64,000 bases of DNA, from positions 25,018-89,017 of the forward strand of contig JACPPG010000055.1 of NCBI GenBank assembly GCA_016191115.1. Direction: 5' to 3'. The notes beneath the pieces are model-generated. The model had not been told where the DNA came from, made no database searches, and saw only the letters and a program-made list of their open reading frames with translations. Position 1 is the stretch's first letter; each line of letters opens with the position of its first letter. Positions 9,001 through 15,950 of this stretch are shown here, piece by piece. This DNA is from Planctomycetia bacterium. Its GTDB lineage: Bacteria; Planctomycetota; Planctomycetia; Pirellulales; JACPPG01. The translations under genes were made by a program, and so were the position numbers.

Positions 9001-9322
9001 GGACGAAACTATTGACCAGATGTCCAACATCGGTTTTCAGCGGTTACAACCACAAGAAATTAACAAAAGGGCCGGTGCGTTGGCGAGTGAGGTGCTCGGC
9101 GCAGTGCTGAGAATCGATCAGGAAGCAAAAACACGGGACAAATTGCCGGTTTTTCATGACGCGCTTCTAAAAAAAGCGGCCCGCGGTGTGCATGCGCATG
9201 CGCTCCTCGTACTCGTCGACAAGCTCATTGCCTCGCTGGTCGACTATGAGGTGTACATGCCTTTCGAGGAATCGAAGAGTCGCGTGGTATTGGTCCGAAG
9301 CGACGTGAAGAGTGAGTTGTAA
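6062..9322 (+). CDS. bitopic membrane protein: GAP1-N-like cytoplasmic domain, TM, 3 Ig-like repeats, unknown C-terminal domain (operon gene B)
   Basis: The GTG start overlaps the gene A stop (GTGA); an alternative ATG is at 6068. The N-terminus MTMIQEIYYTSAPRGLKAGSRGFCTVVSTAGM follows the (Q)xxYTS..GL..G..GF....S.G opening I associate with GTPase-associated protein 1 N-domains. Next come a Pro/Ala linker, one TM (RPWGLITAVVALFAAVAGAGITGAVLLS, ~7129-7212), three ~96-aa repeats and a ~380-aa C-terminal region. Confidence 0.8.
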   Translation: MTMIQEIYYTSAPRGLKAGSRGFCTVVSTAGMAKNLADRLESLSGYRHLFGPQDPQAPLNPVVYSHLRLAVGGRQYHVLSRICDAGLDYTQRTNKFAHHVVLDTADLPAGGPAWLLSLPGFVQATWDGETRTLPGGRRPPSGDAQAGVCRAWQQLTGDAGWGGALAETALPGSNRRAVVVFAPGMDMLQLVAEALALLSPEQRWEVTFSTYFTKLPPGIDCKWRFVVEGSPEAAAARPTPQTLVINLCSKQSAPAASALAVAARTGVAPKLSAAPVSGFPGDEHPMPAELGGDTIDEADELGLALRPGESRSVRAPAAANVGSAGSRGYDVGPPPLPGVQLDRLGAPTSRRRFEKKRPWGLITAVVALFAAVAGAGITGAVLLSKGAPELTRSNEQATPASAGRGTPKGADVTDIVLTITPVATPINAANAIGASASGTAEPGASVSVTCTDDANQKTDPCVATADSSGKWTATAIDLRSLKDGMITFTAAAKNAAGNTAQTSATATKDAAAPTISIAPLAHPINRENAASVSVSGTAEANASISLIATDTASHKSGPSTTMVDSSGKWHVANVNLNSLDDGKITFMATAADAAGNKKADSIEATKDTTLPTVEIATVTTIISAANAKNAAASGTTEPGASITIVASDSENAQSPMRTATVDSGNWSVDGIDVSSLADGEISFAATATDSAGNHATATRAVKKAGNPFVGLPDALPIPPFASKNDCQIHNVMVSESQLSLTIDGQGIVQDRLSIYCKRDSHTERPTWGVYFSGKEGNVGVLGDDPTRIARFVLDAGTLSFSWDARVTPEFDLRNCVLILSSEGNTYPLQLRSAESRSALSVQNLKDDNVAAEIALDSMPPFQRLRIRVNGVRSNASEPLQGQTKSTARPDRAAVVVRYSLQDVLQTVDGIRAAPPPKELRPQTRDAFADRLMDEIRKSFAEYEQSVVLLLELGQAKNRPSVVQVRMRFGKVTGRAVDAISDETIDQMSNIGFQRLQPQEINKRAGALASEVLGAVLRIDQEAKTRDKLPVFHDALLKKAARGVHAHALLVLVDKLIASLVDYEVYMPFEESKSRVVLVRSDVKSEL
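7316..8182 (+). repeat. three tandem ~96-aa Ig-like coding repeats inside gene B
   Basis: Units at 7316-7603, 7604-7897 and 7898-8182. Shared pattern: I.....PI...NA...s.SGTAEpgAS.......d.........t..aDSSGkW......l.SL.DG.ItF.A.A.DaAGN.a....a.KD...PT. Confidence 0.85.
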
Positions 9323-9325
9323 GCG

Positions 9326-12283
9326 ATGCTCGACCATCAAAGAATTGTTGACGACATCCGCAGCGCCATGTACTCGGTGACGCCCGAGTCGTTGGACATG
9401 CTGCGCTTGGCCGTCGCAGATTATTCGGTCGCATGTGATGAGACGAACGAGCGGTTGCGGCAATGCAATTCGCTCCTCAAGCAGGGACTGCGGAGTGAGG
9501 CGATCCAGGCGTGCGAGGTCGAGCCGAACCTGCTCGACGTAGTGGCAACGCTTGACTTTGCTGAGCGCGACCAACTGGTGGCTATTACCCAGCAAAATGG
9601 CCTCGCGGTTCCGCCAGGATTGTCGATGGAGGTGGCGTCGGAACTCAATGAGGCGTACGCGATCCAGGCGCCCCTCGAATCGCTGTTGCGTCAGCACCGT
9701 CTGCTGGCAATCGCGCGCGGGCCGCTGGCCCCGAGGCTCAAGACGCTGCGGTCGATCGCGCGTCTCGACAAGCACAACTTCGTCTGGCAGGACGATGTCC
9801 GGCTCTTTGAAAAGGAACGTCTCAAGGAGATTCAGCGCGAGGCGAATCAGGCGGCAAAGGCGGGCGAAGTGGCCGTGCTCGACTCTCTGGCCGAGGAGTT
9901 GGCCGACAAGCAGTGGCAGCAAAAACCTCCGAAGGAGCTAGTCCAGGGAGTCGGTGAAATCGCGCATAGGGTCCGCCACAAGCAGACACGCAAGGAGCTT
10001 GAGGAGTTGGAGCCCGCGCTCAACAGCGCCTTTGCTGCATTCGATGTCGAGGAGGGGCGACGCTTGCGCGGGCGATGGAACGAATGCGTCGAGATTCTCC
10101 CACTCGAAGGCGACCCGCTCGCCGACCGTGTCGCGCCGGCGCTCGACTGGCTGCGCGAACAAGACGAGCAGGAAGAGCGATTGGGGAATCATGAGGCGTG
10201 CGTGGGCGCTTTGGAGTTTGCGCTTGATCGCCATGACCACACCATCGCCGAGCTGGAGCGCTTGTACCATGCGGCCGTGCGTCACGGCCACGATCTGTCG
10301 TCGTTCCTGGAGCGGCGCTATCAGGCCAAGATCAAGGGGTTGGAGTTTGCGGCGCGGCGGCGATCGGTGCTCATCATCACGTCGGTAGTGAGTGTCGTTG
10401 TGCTAGTCGCCGGCGTGCTGGCTGCAATGGCCTGGATGCATCACCGCTCCAATGAACTCGCCGGTCACGTGGCCGCGCTCTCTCAGTTGATTACCGACGG
10501 GAAGCTGCACGAATCGCAAAAGTACGCCGACGAATTGACTCAGTCGTCACCGCGGATCGCACACAGCCCAGAAATCGAGAAACTGGTGGTTCGACTCGAC
10601 GAGGATGTGAAGAAGGAACAGTCGCGGCAAGAGCAGTTCCAGCATGCGATTGCGCGGGTGAAGGCCGCCGGTTTTGACGAGCCGGATCACGATGCCCTGA
10701 AACGCGCCGAAGAGTCGGCTAAGACTCCGGCGGAGCGCACCGAGGTGGCCGAAGCGAAGGAGAGCATCGCCAAAGCGTTGCGAGAGAGGCAGGCAGAACG
10801 GGACAAGGCATTTTTGGCGGACATTGACGGCCTGGCCGACAAGGTCAAACAACTGGAAGGGGAGTTAGAGAAGTCCGGCGCGGACGATGATGCAGCGAGC
10901 GTGCAGCACTTTGCTCAGCTTCGAGCCGAGCTATCGGCGTTGAACGCCCGCGGGGAGCTGGTGACGCCGGCGGTGCGAAATCAGTTGAAACCATTGTCGA
11001 CGCGCCTGTCGGCATTGGAGGAAATGGTTTCACGCCATGCGAAGGCACAGGCGGCGCTCAATCAACTGATGAAGGCTGTTGGCGACCCCCAGGCGTACCA
11101 GATGGCCCTGCAAGATTACGTCAAACAACATCCCGAAAGTCCCCACGCCGCGTCCTTTCAGCATGTGAGCGCCGAAGCGCCGTTGTGGGAAGGCATGCAA
11201 CGGTGGGATGCTTTCGCCGTTGACTTGGGAAAAGCGGCCCGCGACGGCCTGACGCCCGCCGAAGGGAAAACGCTTCAAGACGGGGCTGACAAGCTGTTGA
11301 AGGAACTCGGCCAGTTTCCGCAGGCCGGGACGCTGCGAACCGCGCTTCCGCATCTGAAATCCGTTGTCGCCCGAATCGGCAGCGACGGCCCGCTCCACAA
11401 GCCGCTTGTGACGCTCTTCAACGATCGGCTGATTCATAACGTTCAGATGATTGAACACAAGGACGGAAGGCGCTGGTACACGGACAAGGAGCCAAGTGTT
11501 CGCGCGGACGGCGTGGACATCGAATTCCTGGCCGGGTTCGACTACTCGCATAAGCACAAGCCTCTTACATCTGGTGAAATCGCCAGTCGAGATCGAGCGC
11601 CGCAAGCGGTCGTCGCCGACAAGGTTCTTGCGGAACTCGGAAAGCTGGACGCAGCCACGCGCGAGGGAGAGTGGGAGCAGCACTTCGCCAACATCTTGGT
11701 TGCAATTTGCGAAGAACAGCGCATGGAACCGATCCTCAAGATTGCCCTGTTGAAGCGAGTAGTCCCAGTCGCCTGCGAGGGGTCCGACGTGTTGCGCTTG
11801 GCGCTGGCGAAACATCAGGAGGCACTGGAAGGCTCGGCCGTCAACGCGCTAGCGCCTTGGATGCTGCCGGAGTTTCCGGAGAAGGACAAAGATGCCAGGA
11901 AGGCCGTCCTTGAAGAGCGAGGACGCGCCAAGGGCGAACTGGAGGCCCTCGCCGACCTGCCCACTACTGTTCAGGTCGCGGCGAAAAAGCCCCCGCCCGT
12001 TCTCCGGCTGAACGAATATCGGTGGATCGGTCTGCTGGTCAAAGACTCCAAGGGCGGATGGACATGCATGATCCGTCCTAATGCTACGACCTCTCCAGGT
12101 GCCTTGTATGTCGTCGAGCAGCCAGCGGGACAGAAGCCCGTGAACATCTCGCCTATCGGCCACCTCGAAGACGGGAAGCCGCACCTTGATTCATTCAAGC
12201 CGGCCCTCCTCATGGAAGGGCGTCCGATCTATTTGCTGATGACTGCCGGCAAGGACCAGCAGGCCGCAGCGGTTCATCGATAG
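9326..12283 (+). CDS. 985-aa all-helical bitopic membrane protein with extensive coiled coil (operon gene C)
   Basis: ATG lies 3 nt after the gene B stop. About 345 aa of helical cytoplasmic region, then a positive-inside TM (ARRRSVLIITSVVSVVVLVAGVLAAMAWM), then ~600 aa with charged heptad-like stretches (EDVKKEQSRQEQFQHAIARVKAA, ADKVKQLEGELEKSG...). No enzymatic motif seen. Confidence 0.75.
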   Translation: MLDHQRIVDDIRSAMYSVTPESLDMLRLAVADYSVACDETNERLRQCNSLLKQGLRSEAIQACEVEPNLLDVVATLDFAERDQLVAITQQNGLAVPPGLSMEVASELNEAYAIQAPLESLLRQHRLLAIARGPLAPRLKTLRSIARLDKHNFVWQDDVRLFEKERLKEIQREANQAAKAGEVAVLDSLAEELADKQWQQKPPKELVQGVGEIAHRVRHKQTRKELEELEPALNSAFAAFDVEEGRRLRGRWNECVEILPLEGDPLADRVAPALDWLREQDEQEERLGNHEACVGALEFALDRHDHTIAELERLYHAAVRHGHDLSSFLERRYQAKIKGLEFAARRRSVLIITSVVSVVVLVAGVLAAMAWMHHRSNELAGHVAALSQLITDGKLHESQKYADELTQSSPRIAHSPEIEKLVVRLDEDVKKEQSRQEQFQHAIARVKAAGFDEPDHDALKRAEESAKTPAERTEVAEAKESIAKALRERQAERDKAFLADIDGLADKVKQLEGELEKSGADDDAASVQHFAQLRAELSALNARGELVTPAVRNQLKPLSTRLSALEEMVSRHAKAQAALNQLMKAVGDPQAYQMALQDYVKQHPESPHAASFQHVSAEAPLWEGMQRWDAFAVDLGKAARDGLTPAEGKTLQDGADKLLKELGQFPQAGTLRTALPHLKSVVARIGSDGPLHKPLVTLFNDRLIHNVQMIEHKDGRRWYTDKEPSVRADGVDIEFLAGFDYSHKHKPLTSGEIASRDRAPQAVVADKVLAELGKLDAATREGEWEQHFANILVAICEEQRMEPILKIALLKRVVPVACEGSDVLRLALAKHQEALEGSAVNALAPWMLPEFPEKDKDARKAVLEERGRAKGELEALADLPTTVQVAAKKPPPVLRLNEYRWIGLLVKDSKGGWTCMIRPNATTSPGALYVVEQPAGQKPVNISPIGHLEDGKPHLDSFKPALLMEGRPIYLLMTAGKDQQAAAVHR

Positions 12284-12306
12284 TGCGCAACGCAGGATCG
12301 ATCAAA

Positions 12307-13212
12307 ATGGCAGACCAGTTGTACATTCGGGTTCGCGGCCGCGTGCTCGGCCCGTACGATCGAGACAAGCTCCAATCGCTGGTCAAGCGCGGCCAACTTG
12401 GGCGCCTTCACGAGGTCTCTGAGGACGGCGTCGCTTGGGTGCGGGCAACGAACTTCCCTGAGATATTCGTGATGCCCTCGGTCGCGGTAGCCGGCCCCTC
12501 GGTGAAGGCACCACCCGCTGCCAGTGAAGTCCCTGGGTACGCGATCGAGCCAGACACGTCCGCGGCGGCTCCGACGGGCCAGACCTGGTACTACACGAGC
12601 GGCGGTGCCCAGCTTGGGCCAGTCGATTTCGCGTTTCTGCAAAAGCTGGCTGCGACGGGTCAACTTGGTCCATCCAATTTGGTGTGGACCGAAGGCATGG
12701 CCGAGTGGGCCGCACCTGGCGCCGTGCCCGGCTTGAACGCGCCGCCCGCCACGGGCCGGTCTGCTACGGCTAACGTTGCCACCGAGTCAGGGAACGCCGT
12801 CACGCCTGGTGTGTGTCGGGCGCTCGCCGGATCGCGGCGCTGGATTCTCTTTCTCGCCATCGTGACGTTTGTCTACTGCGGATTCTATGCCGTCTTGGGG
12901 GTCTGGGCGGTCGTATTCGGCTTTTCGTCGGACATTGCGGCTATCGTAGGTGAGGGTCTCTTCTTCCTCTCGACCGCTGCGGTCGGTGCCGCTGCCGGAG
13001 TGCTGCTGCTCTTCTATGCCAATCGGATTGGGGTCCTACAGTTCCGCCGCGATTTCCAGCAGTTGGAATCGACGCTTGAGGCGGCGCGCTGGTTTTGGGT
13101 ATATGCGGGCATCATCCAGATTGCCTTCCTGATATTCCTGTCGGCGTTGAGCGTCTGGGCGATGGCCGTCGGCGGCGCAACGGTGCGGGCGAGCGCCCGA
13201 TCGCTGTTCTGA
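12307..13212 (+). CDS. double GYF_2-domain polytopic membrane protein (operon gene D)
   Basis: ATG at 12307; the track ORF starts at a GTG at 12283 overlapping the gene C stop. Two GYF_2-like modules (LYIRVRGRVLGPYDRDKLQSLVKRGQLGRLHEVSEDGVAWVRATNF and TWYYTSGGAQLGPVDFAFLQKLAATGQLGPSNLVWTEGMAEWAAPGAVPGL) are followed by ~4 hydrophobic helices. Confidence 0.75.
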   Translation: MADQLYIRVRGRVLGPYDRDKLQSLVKRGQLGRLHEVSEDGVAWVRATNFPEIFVMPSVAVAGPSVKAPPAASEVPGYAIEPDTSAAAPTGQTWYYTSGGAQLGPVDFAFLQKLAATGQLGPSNLVWTEGMAEWAAPGAVPGLNAPPATGRSATANVATESGNAVTPGVCRALAGSRRWILFLAIVTFVYCGFYAVLGVWAVVFGFSSDIAAIVGEGLFFLSTAAVGAAAGVLLLFYANRIGVLQFRRDFQQLESTLEAARWFWVYAGIIQIAFLIFLSALSVWAMAVGGATVRASARSLF

Positions 13213-13236
13213 GGGATCGTTCGGAGCTAGCGCACA

Positions 13237-14103
13237 ATGCCTCAGGATGCAACGCCCCCGAACAACGACGTACCACTCGCCTGGGCACGTGGCGACATCG
13301 AGCAGCGCCTTGGCTTCCACGGCGGGCGCTATACGCGCGTCAATACGCTGCTTTCGTTTCTGATTGGTGCTGGATTGACGGTCCTATTTTTCGGCGCCTT
13401 GTTCCCCTTCCGAGGAACGAACGTTGCCGCGACCTTCATGGACCGAGGGCCGACACCTTACGTGACCATGCTGCTGGCGTGGTGGTCGGTGGCGATCCTG
13501 TTCTTGAAGTCGCGCAAGCTCGCGTTTCAGCAACGGGCGCTGGCGTACCAGGTTGTGCCGGAGAGTCACGATTTCGTGCTGTCCGCCGCGACCGCCGACC
13601 AGGTGCTGGAGCGAATCTACGCCACGGTAGACGACCCGAAGAAGTTCGTGCTCTTTAACCGAATCGTCATTGCGCTCTCGAACTTGAGGAACCTCGGCCG
13701 GGTGTCCGACGTGGACGACATCCTCCGTTCGCAGGGGGACGGTGAAGAATCGTCGATGGAGACCAGCTATTCGATCGTGCAGGGGTTTGTTTGGGCGATC
13801 CCGGTGCTGGGCTTCATTGGCACGGTATTGGGCTTGTCCGAAGCCATCGGGGCATTCGCGAGTGTGCTTGGTTCGGCATCGGAGGTGTCGGAAATCGCGG
13901 GTGCATTGCGCGGCGTCACCGCCGGCCTCTATACCGCCTTCGACACGACGCTCGTGGCGCTTGTTGCCGCGCTCATCATTCAGATCGTTCTCACGTTCTT
14001 GAAAAAAAACGAAGAGGAATTCCTTGATGCTTGCGCGGAGTATTGCGTCCGCAACGTGGTTGGGCGTTTGCGGGTGATGCCCTTCGAGACTGAGGTGGAA
14101 TAG
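13237..14103 (+). CDS. MotA/TolQ/ExbB-family proton channel subunit (operon gene E)
   Basis: Four predicted TMs. The C-terminal half, FVWAIPVLGFIGTVLGLSEAIGAF...LRGVTAGLYTAFDTTLVALVAALIIQIVLTFL, matches the conserved GxxGTVxGxxxAF ... TTxxGLxVA core of MotA_ExbB proteins. Confidence 0.85.
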   Translation: MPQDATPPNNDVPLAWARGDIEQRLGFHGGRYTRVNTLLSFLIGAGLTVLFFGALFPFRGTNVAATFMDRGPTPYVTMLLAWWSVAILFLKSRKLAFQQRALAYQVVPESHDFVLSAATADQVLERIYATVDDPKKFVLFNRIVIALSNLRNLGRVSDVDDILRSQGDGEESSMETSYSIVQGFVWAIPVLGFIGTVLGLSEAIGAFASVLGSASEVSEIAGALRGVTAGLYTAFDTTLVALVAALIIQIVLTFLKKNEEEFLDACAEYCVRNVVGRLRVMPFETEVE

Positions 14104-14105
14104 AA

Positions 14106-14927
14106 ATGGCCAGACGCCACCGATCCTCGCCCTTCTCGCTATTCAGCTTTCAGGACATCATCACGTCCGTCACTGGCATCATCATCCTTCTGACGCTCAT
14201 CTTGGCCTTGGAGCTGGTGACTCGCAAACCGTCTGCACAGGGGGGCAGCTCTCCTGACAATTCCGAACAGTTGAGGGAAAGCATCGCGGAAGCCGCCGCA
14301 GAGAGCGCGCAGCTCGAAGAAGCGCTTGAGAAGCGAACTGCTAGGGTGCAAGAACTGGCGGCCGCCTCTCCACAGCAGCTTGCCCGCGAGAAACGCGACG
14401 TTGAACAGGAAGTACAGCGTCTTGAAGCGGAGGTCCAGCAACTCGTGCGGCAGGCAGAAACCACCTCGCGCGAGAAAAAAGAGGCCGTCGCAAAAAGTGA
14501 GGATCGCGAACTCGACCGTAAGGAACTGAAGCAGCGTGAGGCGACATTGCGATCCTTGGCCGAAAAACTCAAGGACTTGAAGCGCAAAGATCACCTCATC
14601 TACAACCTCAGTCGCGACGCGGGGAAGCGGGCTTGGCTGGTCGATGTCTCGCCAGACAAGTTGGCCGCGGCGCCGCTCGGTGAGGCAGTGCCACCTACTG
14701 TATTTGAGGAGTCGTCGGCTTTCGCGCGGGCTCGCTCGTTCATCGATTTCACCAAGCGGCGAGACCCAAAGACCGAGTATTTTGTCTTCCTTATCAGACC
14801 GGCTGCCGTCGAGACGTTTGCCGACATTCGCTTGAAGCTTGAGGGTTCGGGCTTTGATATCGGGTTTGATGTTATCGGTTCGGGCCAGACCGTTCTTGAC
14901 CCAAAGACGGGGGCTTCGATCCGATGA
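14106..14927 (+). CDS. ExbD/TolR-like single-pass subunit with long coiled-coil insert (operon gene F)
   Basis: Basic N-terminus MARRHR, then FSLFSFQD(17)IITSVTGIIILLTLILAL, with the Asp preceding the TM as in ExbD D25/TolR D23. About 130 aa of coiled coil follow (QLEEALEKRTARVQELAA...VQRLEAEVQQLVRQ). The C-terminal YFVFLIRPAAVETFADIRLKLEGSGFDIGFDVI resembles the ExbD periplasmic beta-alpha-beta unit. Confidence 0.65.
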   Translation: MARRHRSSPFSLFSFQDIITSVTGIIILLTLILALELVTRKPSAQGGSSPDNSEQLRESIAEAAAESAQLEEALEKRTARVQELAAASPQQLAREKRDVEQEVQRLEAEVQQLVRQAETTSREKKEAVAKSEDRELDRKELKQREATLRSLAEKLKDLKRKDHLIYNLSRDAGKRAWLVDVSPDKLAAAPLGEAVPPTVFEESSAFARARSFIDFTKRRDPKTEYFVFLIRPAAVETFADIRLKLEGSGFDIGFDVIGSGQTVLDPKTGASIR

Positions 14928-15835
14928 GTAGACGCAAGCGCCAACCCGAAAGCAGTCTGGAGCTGCTGCTGGACACGATTTGCAACACGTTCGGTGGCAT
15001 CCTCTTCTTGTCGATCTTGATCGTCGTCCTGTTGCAGATGACGGGCGGTGCACGATCGAAGACGGCCGAGCCGACCTTGTCGGCTGCTGAGTTGGCGGAT
15101 TTGCGTCGGCAGCACGCCGAGGCACTCCGGCATTTGGAGACAGTGCAGGCTGCGATTGACAAGCAGCGAGACCTGCTCGACCAGTTCGCGACTGCGGAGA
15201 ATGTGGACCTGCTCCGGGAGCTGCAAGCCCTGGAGCAAACGCGGGAGTCGCTGCGGTCGCACCGTGCGGCGACCATCTCCCAAATCGCCGAAGCACAGGC
15301 CAGCGTCGATGCCGTTGAGAGTGACCTCGCCGAACTTGACCAGCATCAGAAGGAACTGGAGCAGCAAGTCGCCGTCGCCGAACGATTGCTTCAGGCCGAG
15401 GTTGCGTCTCGGACCACCGCAGCCCGCCTGCCTCGTCAGCACGCTACCGGGAAACAAGAAGTCGGGGTCTTGGTCCGTTACGGCCGGCTGTACCTTTGGC
15501 ACAAATACGATTCCCACGGGCTTCGGCTCGGTCTTAATTTCGACGACATGGTGGTCGTCAAAGAACATGGGACGCGACTGGAAACTGCGCCGAAGCCGTT
15601 TGCCGGCGTGGTCTTGGAGAAGGGAGTCGACGCCGAGCGACGAATCCGGGAGAAGCTCTCCGGCTTCGATCCACGCACGATGTATGTAGCAGTGGTCATT
15701 TGGGAAGACTCGTTTGCGCAGTTCCAGATTCTAAAGAACGTGCTGGTCGAGCGCGGATTAGAGTATCGTCTCATGCCGACCGAAGAAGGCACCGAGATCA
15801 GCGACCACGGCGGCACCGGCAGCCGCGTCCAGTGA
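14924..15835 (+). CDS. second ExbD/TolR-like single-pass subunit with coiled-coil insert, paralog of gene F (operon gene G)
   Basis: ATGA overlap with gene F. MSRRKR...SLELLLD(17)TICNTFGGILFLSILIVVLLQM, then coiled coil (LRHLETVQAAIDKQRDLLDQ...ELDQHQKELEQQVAVAERLLQ). The C-terminal MYVAVVIWEDSFAQFQILKNVLVERGLEYRLMP is ExbD-like. Confidence 0.65.
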   Translation: MSRRKRQPESSLELLLDTICNTFGGILFLSILIVVLLQMTGGARSKTAEPTLSAAELADLRRQHAEALRHLETVQAAIDKQRDLLDQFATAENVDLLRELQALEQTRESLRSHRAATISQIAEAQASVDAVESDLAELDQHQKELEQQVAVAERLLQAEVASRTTAARLPRQHATGKQEVGVLVRYGRLYLWHKYDSHGLRLGLNFDDMVVVKEHGTRLETAPKPFAGVVLEKGVDAERRIREKLSGFDPRTMYVAVVIWEDSFAQFQILKNVLVERGLEYRLMPTEEGTEISDHGGTGSRVQ

Positions 15836-15950
15836 CGGGAACGCGATTCGGGAAGGCGAGGACGCCCTCAAAGCCGAAGGGCACAAAAACGCCAAGCAAG
15901 AGGCCCGCCGGATCGAAGCCGAGCCGCTGGACACGGCCTACCTGGACCAG

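Noticed and set aside
14139-15568. 385-aa and 322-aa minus-strand ORFs antisense to genes F and G
   Set aside because: Arg/Leu/Gln-rich mirror frames of the coiled-coil coding sequence. No start context or motifs. The sense frames are translationally coupled to their neighbours.
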